NCBI GenBank assembly: GCA_963555755.3
Contig: OY820905.2
Span: 1,728,001 to 1,792,000, forward strand
Reading direction: 5' to 3'
Length of the DNA stretch: 64,000 nucleotides
From: Nitrospirales bacterium
Lineage (GTDB): Bacteria; Nitrospirota; Nitrospiria; Nitrospirales; UBA8639
Within the stretch, counting starts at the first letter, position 1. Every line of letters begins with the position of its first letter. The notes under the pieces were generated by a model, which saw only the letters and a list, made by a program, of their open reading frames with translations, ran no database searches and was not told the origin of the DNA. Made by a program: the position numbers and the translations under genes. Shown in pieces: positions 1 to 9,576 of this stretch.

Positions 1-316
1 CCGACCAAAACCCTTGCTGACTCATCAGGCACTCCATTCTATGAAAAATTCCCCTAATTCGATAATCATTACATCGGTAACTTGTTATAAAAACACAAGA
101 TTGAATCATCAAAGAAAAAACTGGACCGACTTCCCCCATTGACCAAATACAGCTCGGTAGCAATCGAAAACACACTTTTGACTCTTCGATTGAGGAGCAA
201 AATGGCATAAGGCCTTAAAAATCCTCAATGCCTACACCCTAAGAGGCTGTTTGAGCGAGATATTATACAGAAGGAGTATGAGATCTAGATATGATGAGTG
301 AATTTGGACCAAGCGA

Positions 317-685
317 CTAGGGTTGGCACTCTGGACACTCGGTGCGCTCGGCAGGAGCGCGGAATTCCTCAGAGGTCAAGGGGAAGGTTTGCTCACAAGT
401 TTGGCATTGGCGAATTTCAAAATACGCTTCGCCATCATCGTGGATTTCACAAGGCAGGAGGAGATCGAGGGGATCGTAGCCCAGGGTTTTCCCATCAGAA
501 AATTTCACGACCGCTAATCGGATATTAAAGTGTTGAAATGCCCCTTCTATCCCCTGTAAATCATTCATACCTCCAACGACACAGACGGGTTGACCCGGAG
601 GACGAACTTTTAAATCCTTTAACGTCCGCTGAGAATCCGTAGCCACGAAATATTCGATAGTGTCTTGAGAGCCAGCATTACTCAT
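317..685 (-). CDS. Hypothetical protein with C-terminal CxxC...CxxC zinc-ribbon-like motif
   Basis: 122-aa ORF ending CQTC...CPECQP; divergent from the ArsC-family gene. Confidence 0.6.
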   Translation of the reverse strand: MSNAGSQDTIEYFVATDSQRTLKDLKVRPPGQPVCVVGGMNDLQGIEGAFQHFNIRLAVVKFSDGKTLGYDPLDLLLPCEIHDDGEAYFEIRQCQTCEQTFPLTSEEFRAPAERTECPECQP

Positions 686-804
686 GTATGATCAACCAAG
701 AGGTAAGATTGTTATGACAAACAGGCGACATCGAGCTTGTAACACGCAGGGAAAAACACCGTCAAGATAACCAGCCCTCATTCGAAAGGAGCAGCAAGCA
801 ATTT

Positions 805-1155
805 ATGGCACACATTACGATTTACCAAAAACCCACCTGTTCGACCTGCCGAAAAGTCATCAAACTGGTTGAGGAAAGCGGGCAACCCTTTACCACCATC
901 AATTATTACGAAGAGCCATTGACCAAAACAAAGCTCAAAGAATTACTCAAAAAAGGCGGGCTGAAAGCCAAAGAGGTGATGCGGGTCAAAGAGGATATCT
1001 ACACATCATTGGAGCTGGCCAAGACGGACAAAACCGAAGATGAATTGATCGGGCTCATGATTGAACATCCCGACCTCCTCCAACGCCCGTTGGTCGAAAA
1101 AGGTGACAAGGCCATCATGGCCCGGCCACCCGAAATGATCCATGACATCTTATAG
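805..1155 (+). CDS. ArsC/Spx/MgsR-family thioredoxin-fold protein
   Basis: N-terminal YQKPTCSTCRK and HPDLLQRPLV motifs; AAAGGAG upstream. Confidence 0.88.
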   Translation: MAHITIYQKPTCSTCRKVIKLVEESGQPFTTINYYEEPLTKTKLKELLKKGGLKAKEVMRVKEDIYTSLELAKTDKTEDELIGLMIEHPDLLQRPLVEKGDKAIMARPPEMIHDIL

Positions 1156-1190
1156 GTTGAGGTGGGGATCATAATCTTCGAGACCATTAA

Positions 1191-1275
1191 ACCTAGAAAC
1201 GGCAGTTGGGCGCAAAACAGATGCTTACGCAATTGGTGTTCATGGTGAAATAAAAAAAGTCGTGGTCACCTCGGG
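1191..1275 (+). mobile_element. Truncated MITE family C (left end only)
   Basis: TAA then ACCTAGAAACGGCAGTTGGGCGCAAAA..., matching copies at 5049 and 25244; homology stops where repeat A1 begins. Confidence 0.8.
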
Positions 1276-1277
1276 TC

Positions 1278-1455
1278 TGTCATTTCGACCCTCTCCTTGT
1301 CATTTCGACCCTCTCCTTGTCATGTCGACCCTTGGGAGAAATCTCCGCCCATTGCCGAATAAGAGATTTCTCCCAAGGGTCGAAATGACATAAAGAGGGG
1401 TTGAAGTGACAGAAAGGAAAACCTGGGTCCCCGATTAAAGATGTCGAGGATGACA
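1278..1455. repeat. REP-like palindromic cluster A1 (TGTCATTTCGAC...GTCGAAATGACA)
   Basis: 20-bp tandem units TGTCATTTCGACCCTCTCCT, long hairpin CTTGGGAGAAATCT...AGATTTCTCCCAAG, then a GGGTCCCCG...GGATGAC unit. Confidence 0.85.
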
Positions 1456-1520
1456 GGAAAGATTAAACGGCCTCAATTTAACAAACCTTTCTCACGCATT
1501 CAATTTATAGAAATGTCACT

Positions 1521-1742
1521 TCCGTCCCGCCTTCGGACGCGGCGGAGCTGGAGCCCCGAATCGACTTTCGGCGAGGGCTGTTTGAGCGGAGCGAGTTCCC
1601 TCGCCATCTTATTCGGGGCGGAGGCGGAGGAACCCTGGAGAGCTTGCTTCTGAGCAAGCTCGGAGGGGCCGCGCACGGACGGAAATGGTTTTGGTTCCTT
1701 TTGCCGAAACAAAAGGGACTCGTCGCGCGGGGGCGAAACCCC
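1521..1742. repeat. GC-rich multi-hairpin non-coding element H
   Basis: Stems TTCCGTCC/GGACGGAA, GCCCCGAAT/ATTCGGGGC, GAGCTTGCT/AGCAAGCTC, CCTTTTG/CAAAAGG; ends GGGGGCGAAACCCC; single copy in window. Confidence 0.55.
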
Positions 1743-1779
1743 ACATAAATAATGTTCAACCACACCCAAGAAAAATATT

Positions 1780-1917
1780 TGTCATTTCGACCCATGAGAG
1801 AAATCTCCGCCCATTGCCGAATAAGAGATTTCTCCCAAGGGTCGAAATGACATAAAGAGGGGTCGAAATGACAGAAGGAAAAACCTGGATCCCCGATAAC
1901 GAACGTCGGGGATGACG
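1780..1917. repeat. REP-like palindromic cluster A2 (direct copy of A1 core)
   Basis: Shares the stretch GAGAAATCTCCGCCCATTGCCGAATAAGAGATTTCTCCCAAGGGTCGAAATGACATAAAGAGGGG with A1. Confidence 0.85.
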
Positions 1918-1990
1918 GAATAGAAGAAAAATGTGACAGATTTATTTTCCTGCAGATTTGGAAAGAGAGGAGCTAAGGAAAGGCAGGCCT

Positions 1991-3451
1991 TCACCCCGGT
2001 CGCACAAGCAACAGCACAGTCAAACACACTAGTGAATTGTTCAACGCATGAGCTGCCATGCCTGGCAAAATGCTTCCCGTTTTTTCATAGGACCAGGCCC
2101 AGAGCAGCCCGCTCCAAAAGATCGTGACCAACCCGAAGGTCCCATACCCATGGGCCAGTGAAAAAATTAATGCACTCACGACCATCGCCACAGGAGCAGT
2201 GAAACGACGACGAAGTGTGCTATACAACACGCCTCTGAAGATGATTTCTTCAAACACAGGAGCCAACACCGTATACGATAACAGCGGGAGAATTATTTGC
2301 CACGTCGTCCCTTGAATCAGCGTGGGATCAAACCAATCGGTCCAATGCAACGACGTCTGAAAATTCTGGGCAATTAATTCAATAACCCACCCGCCCCCTG
2401 CTCCAACGGTAAAGAGTCCCAACGCAAACAATCCCATCCGACTCCATCCGCCAGACACCACGTTCAATCCCAAGGCTTGTCGCATGGACAAACCCGTTGG
2501 ACGCCAGAGGTAAAAATACGCCAACCCGATAATGGGGATATGAATAAAAATGGGAATGAGAAATTGCAGGGTCGGCGGGTCAAGCCCTGTCACGGAAATG
2601 GCAATAATCAGCAGGCTGGCGATGCCACCGCCTCTCACCAACACCACCATGCCATTCCAGCCTGACCAACGAGGGGGAAAGGACATCCCGCCAACTTGTA
2701 ACGCCATATCGCCTCCCCACTTCCACCGGCGCCAGAGCAAGCCCATCGCCACCAAACCCCCAACCACCGCCATCATTTGAGCACCCCCTAACCAACGATT
2801 GTTGGACACAAGACGCTGCGCATGACGATGACTGTCGGCCTGGAGAGAGGCTTGCAATCCCCTATCTTGACTTCGCTCAGCGATATGCAAGGCAACCTGT
2901 CGATACAACCACCCATGTGGCACCTGCTCGGCTAATTGAGCTTGCAACTCTTGAGCACTAGACGGATCCACGCTCCCTGGCAAATAGGCCGCTTGGAGAA
3001 TTCGGCCATACAAGGGAAACGGTAGAGCCCTATCTTGCCAACTTTCGACTTTCATCTGGACGGATTCGGTACGGCCTTCCTCACCCTCTAAAATGGCTAA
3101 ATACAATGCCGAGAGTGGATGAAATTCTATTTCCGCCAATTCCGAATACCACTCGATGCACTGCAGGACCTCCCCCCCATTGTCACCCACCGCACCCATC
3201 AACAACCTTTCCCAGCCAGAGACCTGCTCGAGACCATCTCGAAGCCCCATGACTTGATTCGTGATGATTTCGAGTGCTTGGTCAGGGGACGGAATCCGGT
3301 CTAATCGGGGCATCGATAGGTGGGCAAATACCAAGAACCCAAGGCACATGAGGAAGATGACCCCAAAACACGCCGTCACAAAAGGAGAGAAGTGGACAGG
3401 CGTCGTATGGGATTCAGGTGAAAGCACGTCTTGATGAGGCCAGTTCGTCAT
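1991..3451 (-). CDS. CPBP/Abi (CAAX-type) intramembrane metalloprotease with large N-terminal extracytoplasmic domain
   Basis: EEIIFRG, FSLAH and HALNN motifs within multi-TM C-terminal half. Confidence 0.9.
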   Translation of the reverse strand: MTNWPHQDVLSPESHTTPVHFSPFVTACFGVIFLMCLGFLVFAHLSMPRLDRIPSPDQALEIITNQVMGLRDGLEQVSGWERLLMGAVGDNGGEVLQCIEWYSELAEIEFHPLSALYLAILEGEEGRTESVQMKVESWQDRALPFPLYGRILQAAYLPGSVDPSSAQELQAQLAEQVPHGWLYRQVALHIAERSQDRGLQASLQADSHRHAQRLVSNNRWLGGAQMMAVVGGLVAMGLLWRRWKWGGDMALQVGGMSFPPRWSGWNGMVVLVRGGGIASLLIIAISVTGLDPPTLQFLIPIFIHIPIIGLAYFYLWRPTGLSMRQALGLNVVSGGWSRMGLFALGLFTVGAGGGWVIELIAQNFQTSLHWTDWFDPTLIQGTTWQIILPLLSYTVLAPVFEEIIFRGVLYSTLRRRFTAPVAMVVSALIFSLAHGYGTFGLVTIFWSGLLWAWSYEKTGSILPGMAAHALNNSLVCLTVLLLVRPG

Positions 3452-3676
3452 GGCATTGAACCTAGAATCAGCGGTGGGTCACAACATGAATAATGAATGG
3501 CACAAAAAAGTTAACTTGGATGACTGAAAATGGACTCGTTGTGTAAAATTTCTTTTGACACCCACTCTGACGGTTTGGCTTGAAACCACGATGGTTCATT
3601 GCACTGCCCTTCTTTCGGCCAATGTGAACAAAGAGTGGAATCCCGAAGCGCCTACCGCTAAAATAGGAATCCCAAA

Positions 3677-3823
3677 GGGTTCGCGCAAGAATAACTTCCC
3701 CGGTTTGGGTGCTGAGACACCTGTCTGGCAAGGCGCGAGGACTGCGCATCTTCTCGGACGAGCAACGCCGCCAGACGGTATGGATCGACGCCCAAACCGG
3801 GGAAGTTATTCTTACGCGAACCC
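3677..3823 (+). mobile_element. MITE family B copy 1
   Basis: TIRs GGGTTCGCGCAAGAATAACTTCCCC / GGGGAAGTTATTCTTACGCGAACCC; flanks AAA / TAA. Confidence 0.88.
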
Positions 3824-3838
3824 TAAGGATGCCCCTTA

Positions 3839-5044
3839 ATGCCAAACTCCCCACACACATACAAGGACTTAGCCCCACCTCGACGCCTCTTATTGGGGCC
3901 AGGGCCAAGCATGGTGCACCCTCGTGTCTTACAAGCGATGAGTACCCCACTCCTGGGACACCTTGATCCTGAATTTCTGGCCATCATGGATGAGATTCAG
4001 GAACTGCTCCGATGGATTTTTCAGACGGACAATGCATTGACCATTGCGGTGTCGGGGACAGGGTCGGCAGCGATGGAAACGGCTATCGTGAATCTGATTG
4101 AACCTGGAGATCGCGTGGTTGTTGGAATCAACGGGGTCTTTGGCACACGTATCGCCCAGATGGTTACACGATGTGGCGGAACAGTTGTCGCCATTGAGGT
4201 ACCTTGGGGGCAACCTATTCCCTTGGACCGGATCGCCCACATTCTACAAACGGCTGGACCAATCAAAGCGGTCGCACTCGTTCACGCGGAAACGTCCACC
4301 GGCGTTTGGCAATCATTGGAACACATCGGGCCACTCTGTCATGACCATGGCGCGCTCTTGATTGTGGATGCGGTGACGTCCCTCGGCGGCATTCCCGTGC
4401 AGGTGGATGCGTGGCACATTGATGCCTGTTACTCTGCTACACAGAAATGCCTGAGCTGTCCACCAGGGCTGGCACCACTGACATTCAGCCAGCGCGCGAA
4501 AGACGTGATCCGCAATCGACACACCCCGTGCCAAAGCTGGTATCTCGATTGCACCCTCGTGGCCGACTACTGGACTGAAGGGAAACGCACCTATCACCAT
4601 ACCGCTCCAATTTCCATGTCCTACGCGTTACGCGAAGCACTTCGACTGATACACGAGGAAGGGCTCGACCCGCGTTTTGTCCGTCACCAGCAGAACAGCC
4701 AAGCGCTTCGTGCCGGACTGGAAGCCCTGGGGTTCGCCCTCGTCCCTCCCGCTGACCAGAGCCTCCCGACCCTCACCTGCGCCTCTCTCCCAGAGTGGCT
4801 GGATGACAAAACCGCTCGGTCAACCCTTCTTCAAGATTTCAACATCGAAGTTGGGGGAGGATTAGGGCCCCTCGCCGGCAAGGTGTGGAGAATAGGGCTC
4901 ATGGGCGAATCATCAACCTTTGAGTCGGTCATGACCTTACTTGCGGCCTTGGAGCAGATTTGTTCACACGTCGCCCCGTCACACTCTTTGGGCCAATCGA
5001 TGACGGCAGCCCTCAAAGAATATTCAGCCTTTGCTCATCCCTGA
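3839..5044 (+). CDS. Alanine-glyoxylate/serine-pyruvate aminotransferase (class V PLP)
   Basis: LLLGPGP, HAETSTG, DAVTS, ATQKCLSCPPG (PLP lysine), RIGLMG motifs. Confidence 0.92.
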   Translation: MPNSPHTYKDLAPPRRLLLGPGPSMVHPRVLQAMSTPLLGHLDPEFLAIMDEIQELLRWIFQTDNALTIAVSGTGSAAMETAIVNLIEPGDRVVVGINGVFGTRIAQMVTRCGGTVVAIEVPWGQPIPLDRIAHILQTAGPIKAVALVHAETSTGVWQSLEHIGPLCHDHGALLIVDAVTSLGGIPVQVDAWHIDACYSATQKCLSCPPGLAPLTFSQRAKDVIRNRHTPCQSWYLDCTLVADYWTEGKRTYHHTAPISMSYALREALRLIHEEGLDPRFVRHQQNSQALRAGLEALGFALVPPADQSLPTLTCASLPEWLDDKTARSTLLQDFNIEVGGGLGPLAGKVWRIGLMGESSTFESVMTLLAALEQICSHVAPSHSLGQSMTAALKEYSAFAHP

Positions 5045-5048
5045 TTAA

Positions 5049-5376
5049 CCCTAGAAACGGCAGTTGGGCGCAAAAAATCCGTGTAAGATATTGGGGTGTA
5101 TGGTGAAATAAAAAAAGTCGTGGTCACCTCGGTGGTGATGAGACATTTTTTTATTTTGCCAGGTGCGCCCAGGAGCCTGTCCAAGATTAGGGATCGTTGC
5201 GAGGGGGTGTTGGTTTGAGTCAGATGTTTCGATCGTTTGAGGCGAATAGTGGTGCCTATTTAACGAAAAGGATCGGAAGATCTGGCCAAATCCAGCGCAC
5301 CCTCGCAACATTCCTAATCTTGGACAGGCTCCTAGAGCTTGCGCGGACTTTTGTGATCCAACTGCTGTTTCTAGGT
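5049..5376 (+). mobile_element. MITE family C copy 2 (hosts element I1)
   Basis: TIR (A/C)CCTAGAAACGGCAGTTGG / CCAACTGCTGTTTCTAGGT; TAA duplicated at 5046-5048 and 5377-5379. Confidence 0.88.
5173..5331 (+). mobile_element. MITE family I copy 1, nested in C2
   Basis: TIR GAGCCTGTCCAAGATTAG / CTAATCTTGGACAGGCTC; flanks CCAG / CTAG; absent from the C copy at 11197-11521. Confidence 0.85.
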
Positions 5377-5598
5377 TAAAATACACATCTTCTTACCATA
5401 TGGCTGCCCCTCCAAAGTGGCCAGGCAAGTCAGATACTTTTCCGCAGACCCACTCCGTTTGTGAGGAACCTGCCTTCCCCAATACTCCCCGTCTGATACC
5501 GTTCGTCTGTATTCCCTCAGTATGATCACTGTTCCCCTTACTTACTCCTCTCCTCGTAAGATTAAAGAGTACTGAAAAAAATCCCGATCAACAATTAA

Positions 5599-5780
5599 GG
5601 GTTTGTTAAAAATTAACTTGGACAAGATCACGTCAAGATTTGGGTCGGATTCGGACGTAACGATTGAGAAAAAACTGAGGCATAGCACCGCTATGGTGAG
5701 GCTTTTTTTCGATTGAGACGCGTTCAAAGATGGCCCGAAGATGGGATGCAAGAATGTTAAAGTTATTTTTTAACATGCCC
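5599..5780 (+). mobile_element. MITE family F variant (F0)
   Basis: TIR GGGTTTGTTAAAAATTAACTT / AAGTTATTTTTTAACATGCCC; TAA on both sides; interior homologous to 25940-26118. Confidence 0.82.
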
Positions 5781-5783
5781 TAA

Positions 5784-5940
5784 GGGTTCGCGCAAGAATA
5801 ACTTCCCCTGTTTGGGTGCTGAGACGCCTGTCTGGCAAGGCGCGAGGACTGCGCATACTCTTCGTATGGAAAGGACGAGCAACGCCGCCAGACAGGATGG
5901 ATCGACGCCCAAACAGGGGAAGTTATTCTTGCGCGAACCC
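5784..5940 (+). mobile_element. MITE family B copy 2
   Basis: Long near-perfect TIRs; TAA duplication, left TAA shared with F0. Confidence 0.9.
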
Positions 5941-6129
5941 TAAGGCCAGCGGAAGGAACCATGGGCCTATCCGAGACCCCAGACGTACGTGAGACAAACC
6001 CAAATATTGACGAGAGACCCGTTCCAACAGCGCCAAAACCAATCCAAATTCCGCTGTGGGAACAACTCCTATTGACGATACACTTCATGCAGTTCTCTTT
6101 ATTTTCATCAATGCACTCATGGCCACACG

Positions 6130-7590
6130 ATGAATAATTTACGACTCGACTCAAAACACACTCCGGGCTTTGATGAAATGTTTGAAGCCCCCAATACTCC
6201 CCGCCGACACTACCAACAACTGATCGAACGTCTGGATCAACTCCCGCCCCACGACCTTGAATTGAAACGCCGCCAGGCTGACCAAGCATTTCTTCGGCAA
6301 GGGATTACCTTCACGGTCTACGACGAGCCGGATCAAACCGAACGGATTTTTCCGTTTGATCTCCTGCCACGGATTATTCCAAACAGTGAATGGCGGATCC
6401 TGGAAGATGGCCTCCGGCAACGAATCCGGGCCTTGAATCTCTTTCTGCTGGATATTTACGGCAAGCAATCCATTCTTCGGGATGGCCGGATTCCCCGTGA
6501 ACTCGTGGAAACAGCCACGCACTTCCAACCTGACCTCATTGGGTTTCGCCCTCCCAAAGATATTTTCATTCATATTTCGGGCATCGATCTTATTCGGGAC
6601 CAAGATGGGACGTATCGGGTATTGGAGGATAACGTTCGTACCCCCTCTGGAATCTCGTATGTCTTAGAAAACCGGATGGTCATGAAGCACACCTTCCCCA
6701 ATCTGTTTACGGAAATGCGGGTCAGACCCATCGACCACTATCCCACACAATTATGGGAAAACTTGAGATTCCTGGCCAATGACACGCGCGAACACCCCAC
6801 GATCGTGCTCCTCACTCCTGGAGTCTGCAACTCAGCCTATTTCGAACACTCGTTCCTCTCACTCCAAATGGGCATCGAGTTGGTCGAAGGTCGAGACTTA
6901 GTGGTGGAAAACGATCGTGTCTACATGAAAACCACGCACGGACTCCAACAAGTCGATGTCATCTACCGACGAGTAGACGATGCGTTTCTTGATCCCGAAG
7001 TCTTCCGGCACGACTCAGCCCTCGGGGTGCCCGGGCTCATGCGTGCCTACCGGGCCGGGAACGTGGCTCTCGCCAACGGCATTGGGACCGGCGTGGTTGA
7101 TGACAAAGCGGTGTATTCCTTCGTTCCAACCATGATTGAATATTATCTCAGCGAAACCCCGATCCTGCCGAGTGTGCCAACGTATCTCTGCGTGAACGAT
7201 GAACAACGCCAATTCGTGCTCGACAATCTTGCCAATTTGGTGGTGAAGTCGGTCGACGAATCAGGCGGATACGGCATGCTGATCGGCTCCGCATCAACCC
7301 AGACGCAACGAGAAGATTTCCGGAAACGGATTATCGCGGAACCGCGCAAGTATATTGCGCAACCCATCATGCCCCTTTCCCAACACCCCTGTATCGTGCC
7401 CAACAGTACTGGGGACTTACACCTCTCCGGCCGTCACATCGATTTGAGACCGTTTATTCTTTGGGGACAAGACATTTCCATTTCTCTTGGAGGACTGACG
7501 AGAGTCGCTCTCCAGGAAGGATCGTTGGTCGTGAACTCATCCCAGGGTGGTGGCAGCAAAGATACCTGGGTGCTGTATGGAGAAGGCTGA
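6130..7590 (+). CDS. Circularly permuted ATP-grasp type 2 protein (predicted peptide ligase)
   Basis: [63 protein letters not shown] motifs. Confidence 0.93.
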   Translation: MNNLRLDSKHTPGFDEMFEAPNTPRRHYQQLIERLDQLPPHDLELKRRQADQAFLRQGITFTVYDEPDQTERIFPFDLLPRIIPNSEWRILEDGLRQRIRALNLFLLDIYGKQSILRDGRIPRELVETATHFQPDLIGFRPPKDIFIHISGIDLIRDQDGTYRVLEDNVRTPSGISYVLENRMVMKHTFPNLFTEMRVRPIDHYPTQLWENLRFLANDTREHPTIVLLTPGVCNSAYFEHSFLSLQMGIELVEGRDLVVENDRVYMKTTHGLQQVDVIYRRVDDAFLDPEVFRHDSALGVPGLMRAYRAGNVALANGIGTGVVDDKAVYSFVPTMIEYYLSETPILPSVPTYLCVNDEQRQFVLDNLANLVVKSVDESGGYGMLIGSASTQTQREDFRKRIIAEPRKYIAQPIMPLSQHPCIVPNSTGDLHLSGRHIDLRPFILWGQDISISLGGLTRVALQEGSLVVNSSQGGGSKDTWVLYGEG

Positions 7591-7592
7591 GC

Positions 7593-9545
7593 ATGCTAAG
7601 CCGCACAGCTGAATCATTTTTTTGGATGGGCCGGAATTTTGAGCGTGTGGAGTATACCGCTCGCTATACCAACGTTCATTACCACCTGTTGTTGGAAACC
7701 ACCAATTCGAACGAGCAGACCCAACCCTGGAAGGAGTACCTCGAAGGGAATGGAGAATTCCAGCTGTATCAAGAAATCTATGGCCGCCTGAGGACCCAAT
7801 CCGTCCTGGAATTTTTGACCCTCCATCCCCAAAATCCGAATTCGTTATTTAACCTGATTCAGATGGGTCGGGAAAATGCTCGGGGCATTCAGGATCAACT
7901 GTCGAGCGAAGTCTGGTGCCATATCAACGACTTCTACCTTGGGTTGACGGATACACACAATGATGCTCTCTGGCCGAGCCCACATCGACTCCTCACGCAC
8001 ATTCAGCATATGTGTTACACCGCGGACGGGGTCCTGGGCAGCACCATGCTCCACGATGAGGGGTGGAACTTCTATCGTTTGGGTAAAAACATTGAACGAG
8101 CCGGACGAACGGCCCGACTCCTGAATGAGACGGTCCTCTCGAAAACCGACCCCGAACCCGGAGCTATCTCCGACTATCATCAATGTCTGGCGATTCTGAA
8201 ATCAGCCAGCGCCTATGAAGCCTATCGCAAGTTCTATCGGTCTCAGTTGGTTCCACGTAAGATCGTTCAATTTCTGTTGTTTCACAACAAGTTTCCACGA
8301 TCGGTCCGCTTCGCCGCGAGTCTGATTCGACAAATGCTCTCTCGGCTGTCATCCGGCCTTCGCAACCCTCAAGTACGCGAGGCCGAACGGCTGGCTGGCC
8401 AGTTCGCCGCTGATTTGGAATTTGGGAATTTAGAAGAAATCTACAGACTCGGCCTGCCCGTATTTCTCACCCAGGTTGTGTCGCAAGTGGATCAAATCAC
8501 CAATCGCATCGCGCAGACCTTTTTCGGCTCCGAAGGTTACTGTGATCAACCGATCCCTGTGGCAGAATATTTCCATCGCCCCCCGATTCATGTGTCACAA
8601 CCACGCAACGAGCCGGTCAAAGCGACACTCGCGGTCCAGCATTCCTTTGCGTACCACTATGATTCACCTGTGTCCCAGGTCAAGACCGTTATGCGATTAG
8701 CCCCGCCTCAACATTACGGCAAACAACGCCGCTTGGATATTCGTTGGCAGATGGACCCGCCATCGGACCACCGTCATTTCACAGATGCCTTTGGGAATTT
8801 GGTATGGCAACTCGACCATGCCCACATCGAGGATAAAATTCATTGTACCATTGAAATGAGAGTGGAAACACAAGCGTTGTACCTTATTGATGGAACCCTG
8901 GCTCTCCAGGGCGTCCAACCACAGGAATCCGATTGTACGGTGGATGCCGCTGAGTTTACACAACTCACCCGTCTGGTTGATCGATCGGAAGGGCTACTCC
9001 ACATGACGCGACAATCTCAAGAACGCGGCATGACCCCCTTTGAACTTGCAGAGTCGTTCCTTCACCAAGTGCACACGCATATGCGCTATGAGTCCGGTCG
9101 CACCCACGTCGGCACCACGGCCGCCGAGGCCTTCGCGCAAGGAGCCGGAGTCTGCCAGGACTATGCCCATGTCATGTTGGCCTTATGCCGGTTGGCCGGA
9201 CTGTCCGCCCGCTATGTCTCCGGTTATCTTCCCGGGGAAGGCCAGATGCATGCCTGGATTGAGGTCCTTCTTTCCACGGACTCGCAAGGAACGTTGCTGT
9301 GGGTACCTTACGATCCGACTCACCAACGCCGTTGTGATGAACGCTATCTCACCGTCGCCATTGGCCGAGATTATGAGGACATTGCACCAACCAGCGGCTA
9401 TTATTCAGGCGACGCGACCAATAGCCTTGCAATGTCCGTCTCCGTCACCATAGAAGATCAGGGTGGGACATCCCGTTGGCCCGTTGAGTCACGATTGATT
9501 CAAACCACCGCAGCCTACCATGAACTGGTCTCTCAGCAACAATGA
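7593..9545 (+). CDS. Alpha-E domain fused to bacterial transglutaminase-like domain
   Basis: Starts MLSRTAESFFWMGRNFER 2 nt after the upstream stop; second ER motif IERAGRTAR and FPRSV; C-half GVCQDYAH, RYVSGY, HAWIE, YDPT, IGRDYED. Confidence 0.92.
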   Translation: MLSRTAESFFWMGRNFERVEYTARYTNVHYHLLLETTNSNEQTQPWKEYLEGNGEFQLYQEIYGRLRTQSVLEFLTLHPQNPNSLFNLIQMGRENARGIQDQLSSEVWCHINDFYLGLTDTHNDALWPSPHRLLTHIQHMCYTADGVLGSTMLHDEGWNFYRLGKNIERAGRTARLLNETVLSKTDPEPGAISDYHQCLAILKSASAYEAYRKFYRSQLVPRKIVQFLLFHNKFPRSVRFAASLIRQMLSRLSSGLRNPQVREAERLAGQFAADLEFGNLEEIYRLGLPVFLTQVVSQVDQITNRIAQTFFGSEGYCDQPIPVAEYFHRPPIHVSQPRNEPVKATLAVQHSFAYHYDSPVSQVKTVMRLAPPQHYGKQRRLDIRWQMDPPSDHRHFTDAFGNLVWQLDHAHIEDKIHCTIEMRVETQALYLIDGTLALQGVQPQESDCTVDAAEFTQLTRLVDRSEGLLHMTRQSQERGMTPFELAESFLHQVHTHMRYESGRTHVGTTAAEAFAQGAGVCQDYAHVMLALCRLAGLSARYVSGYLPGEGQMHAWIEVLLSTDSQGTLLWVPYDPTHQRRCDERYLTVAIGRDYEDIAPTSGYYSGDATNSLAMSVSVTIEDQGGTSRWPVESRLIQTTAAYHELVSQQQ

Positions 9546-9576
9546 CAAATTGTCTAATCAAGATAAAGGGTATGTC

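Noticed and set aside
1278..1334. CRISPR-like array
   Set aside because: 20-bp units are contiguous with no unique spacers; no cas genes in the window
3455..3468. Relic family C end (TGA-ACCTAGAA)
   Set aside because: Only 8 bp match with no further homology
6000..6080. Riboswitch or ANTAR site ahead of the ATP-grasp gene
   Set aside because: A stem (GTTCC-ACAGCG/CGCTGT-GGGAAC) and a repeated TATTGACGA are present, but no A1/G4 hexaloop pair or recognisable aptamer
7461..7592. Longer N-terminus for the alpha-E protein
   Set aside because: Overlaps the ATP-grasp gene; the family-typical MLSR start is at 7593
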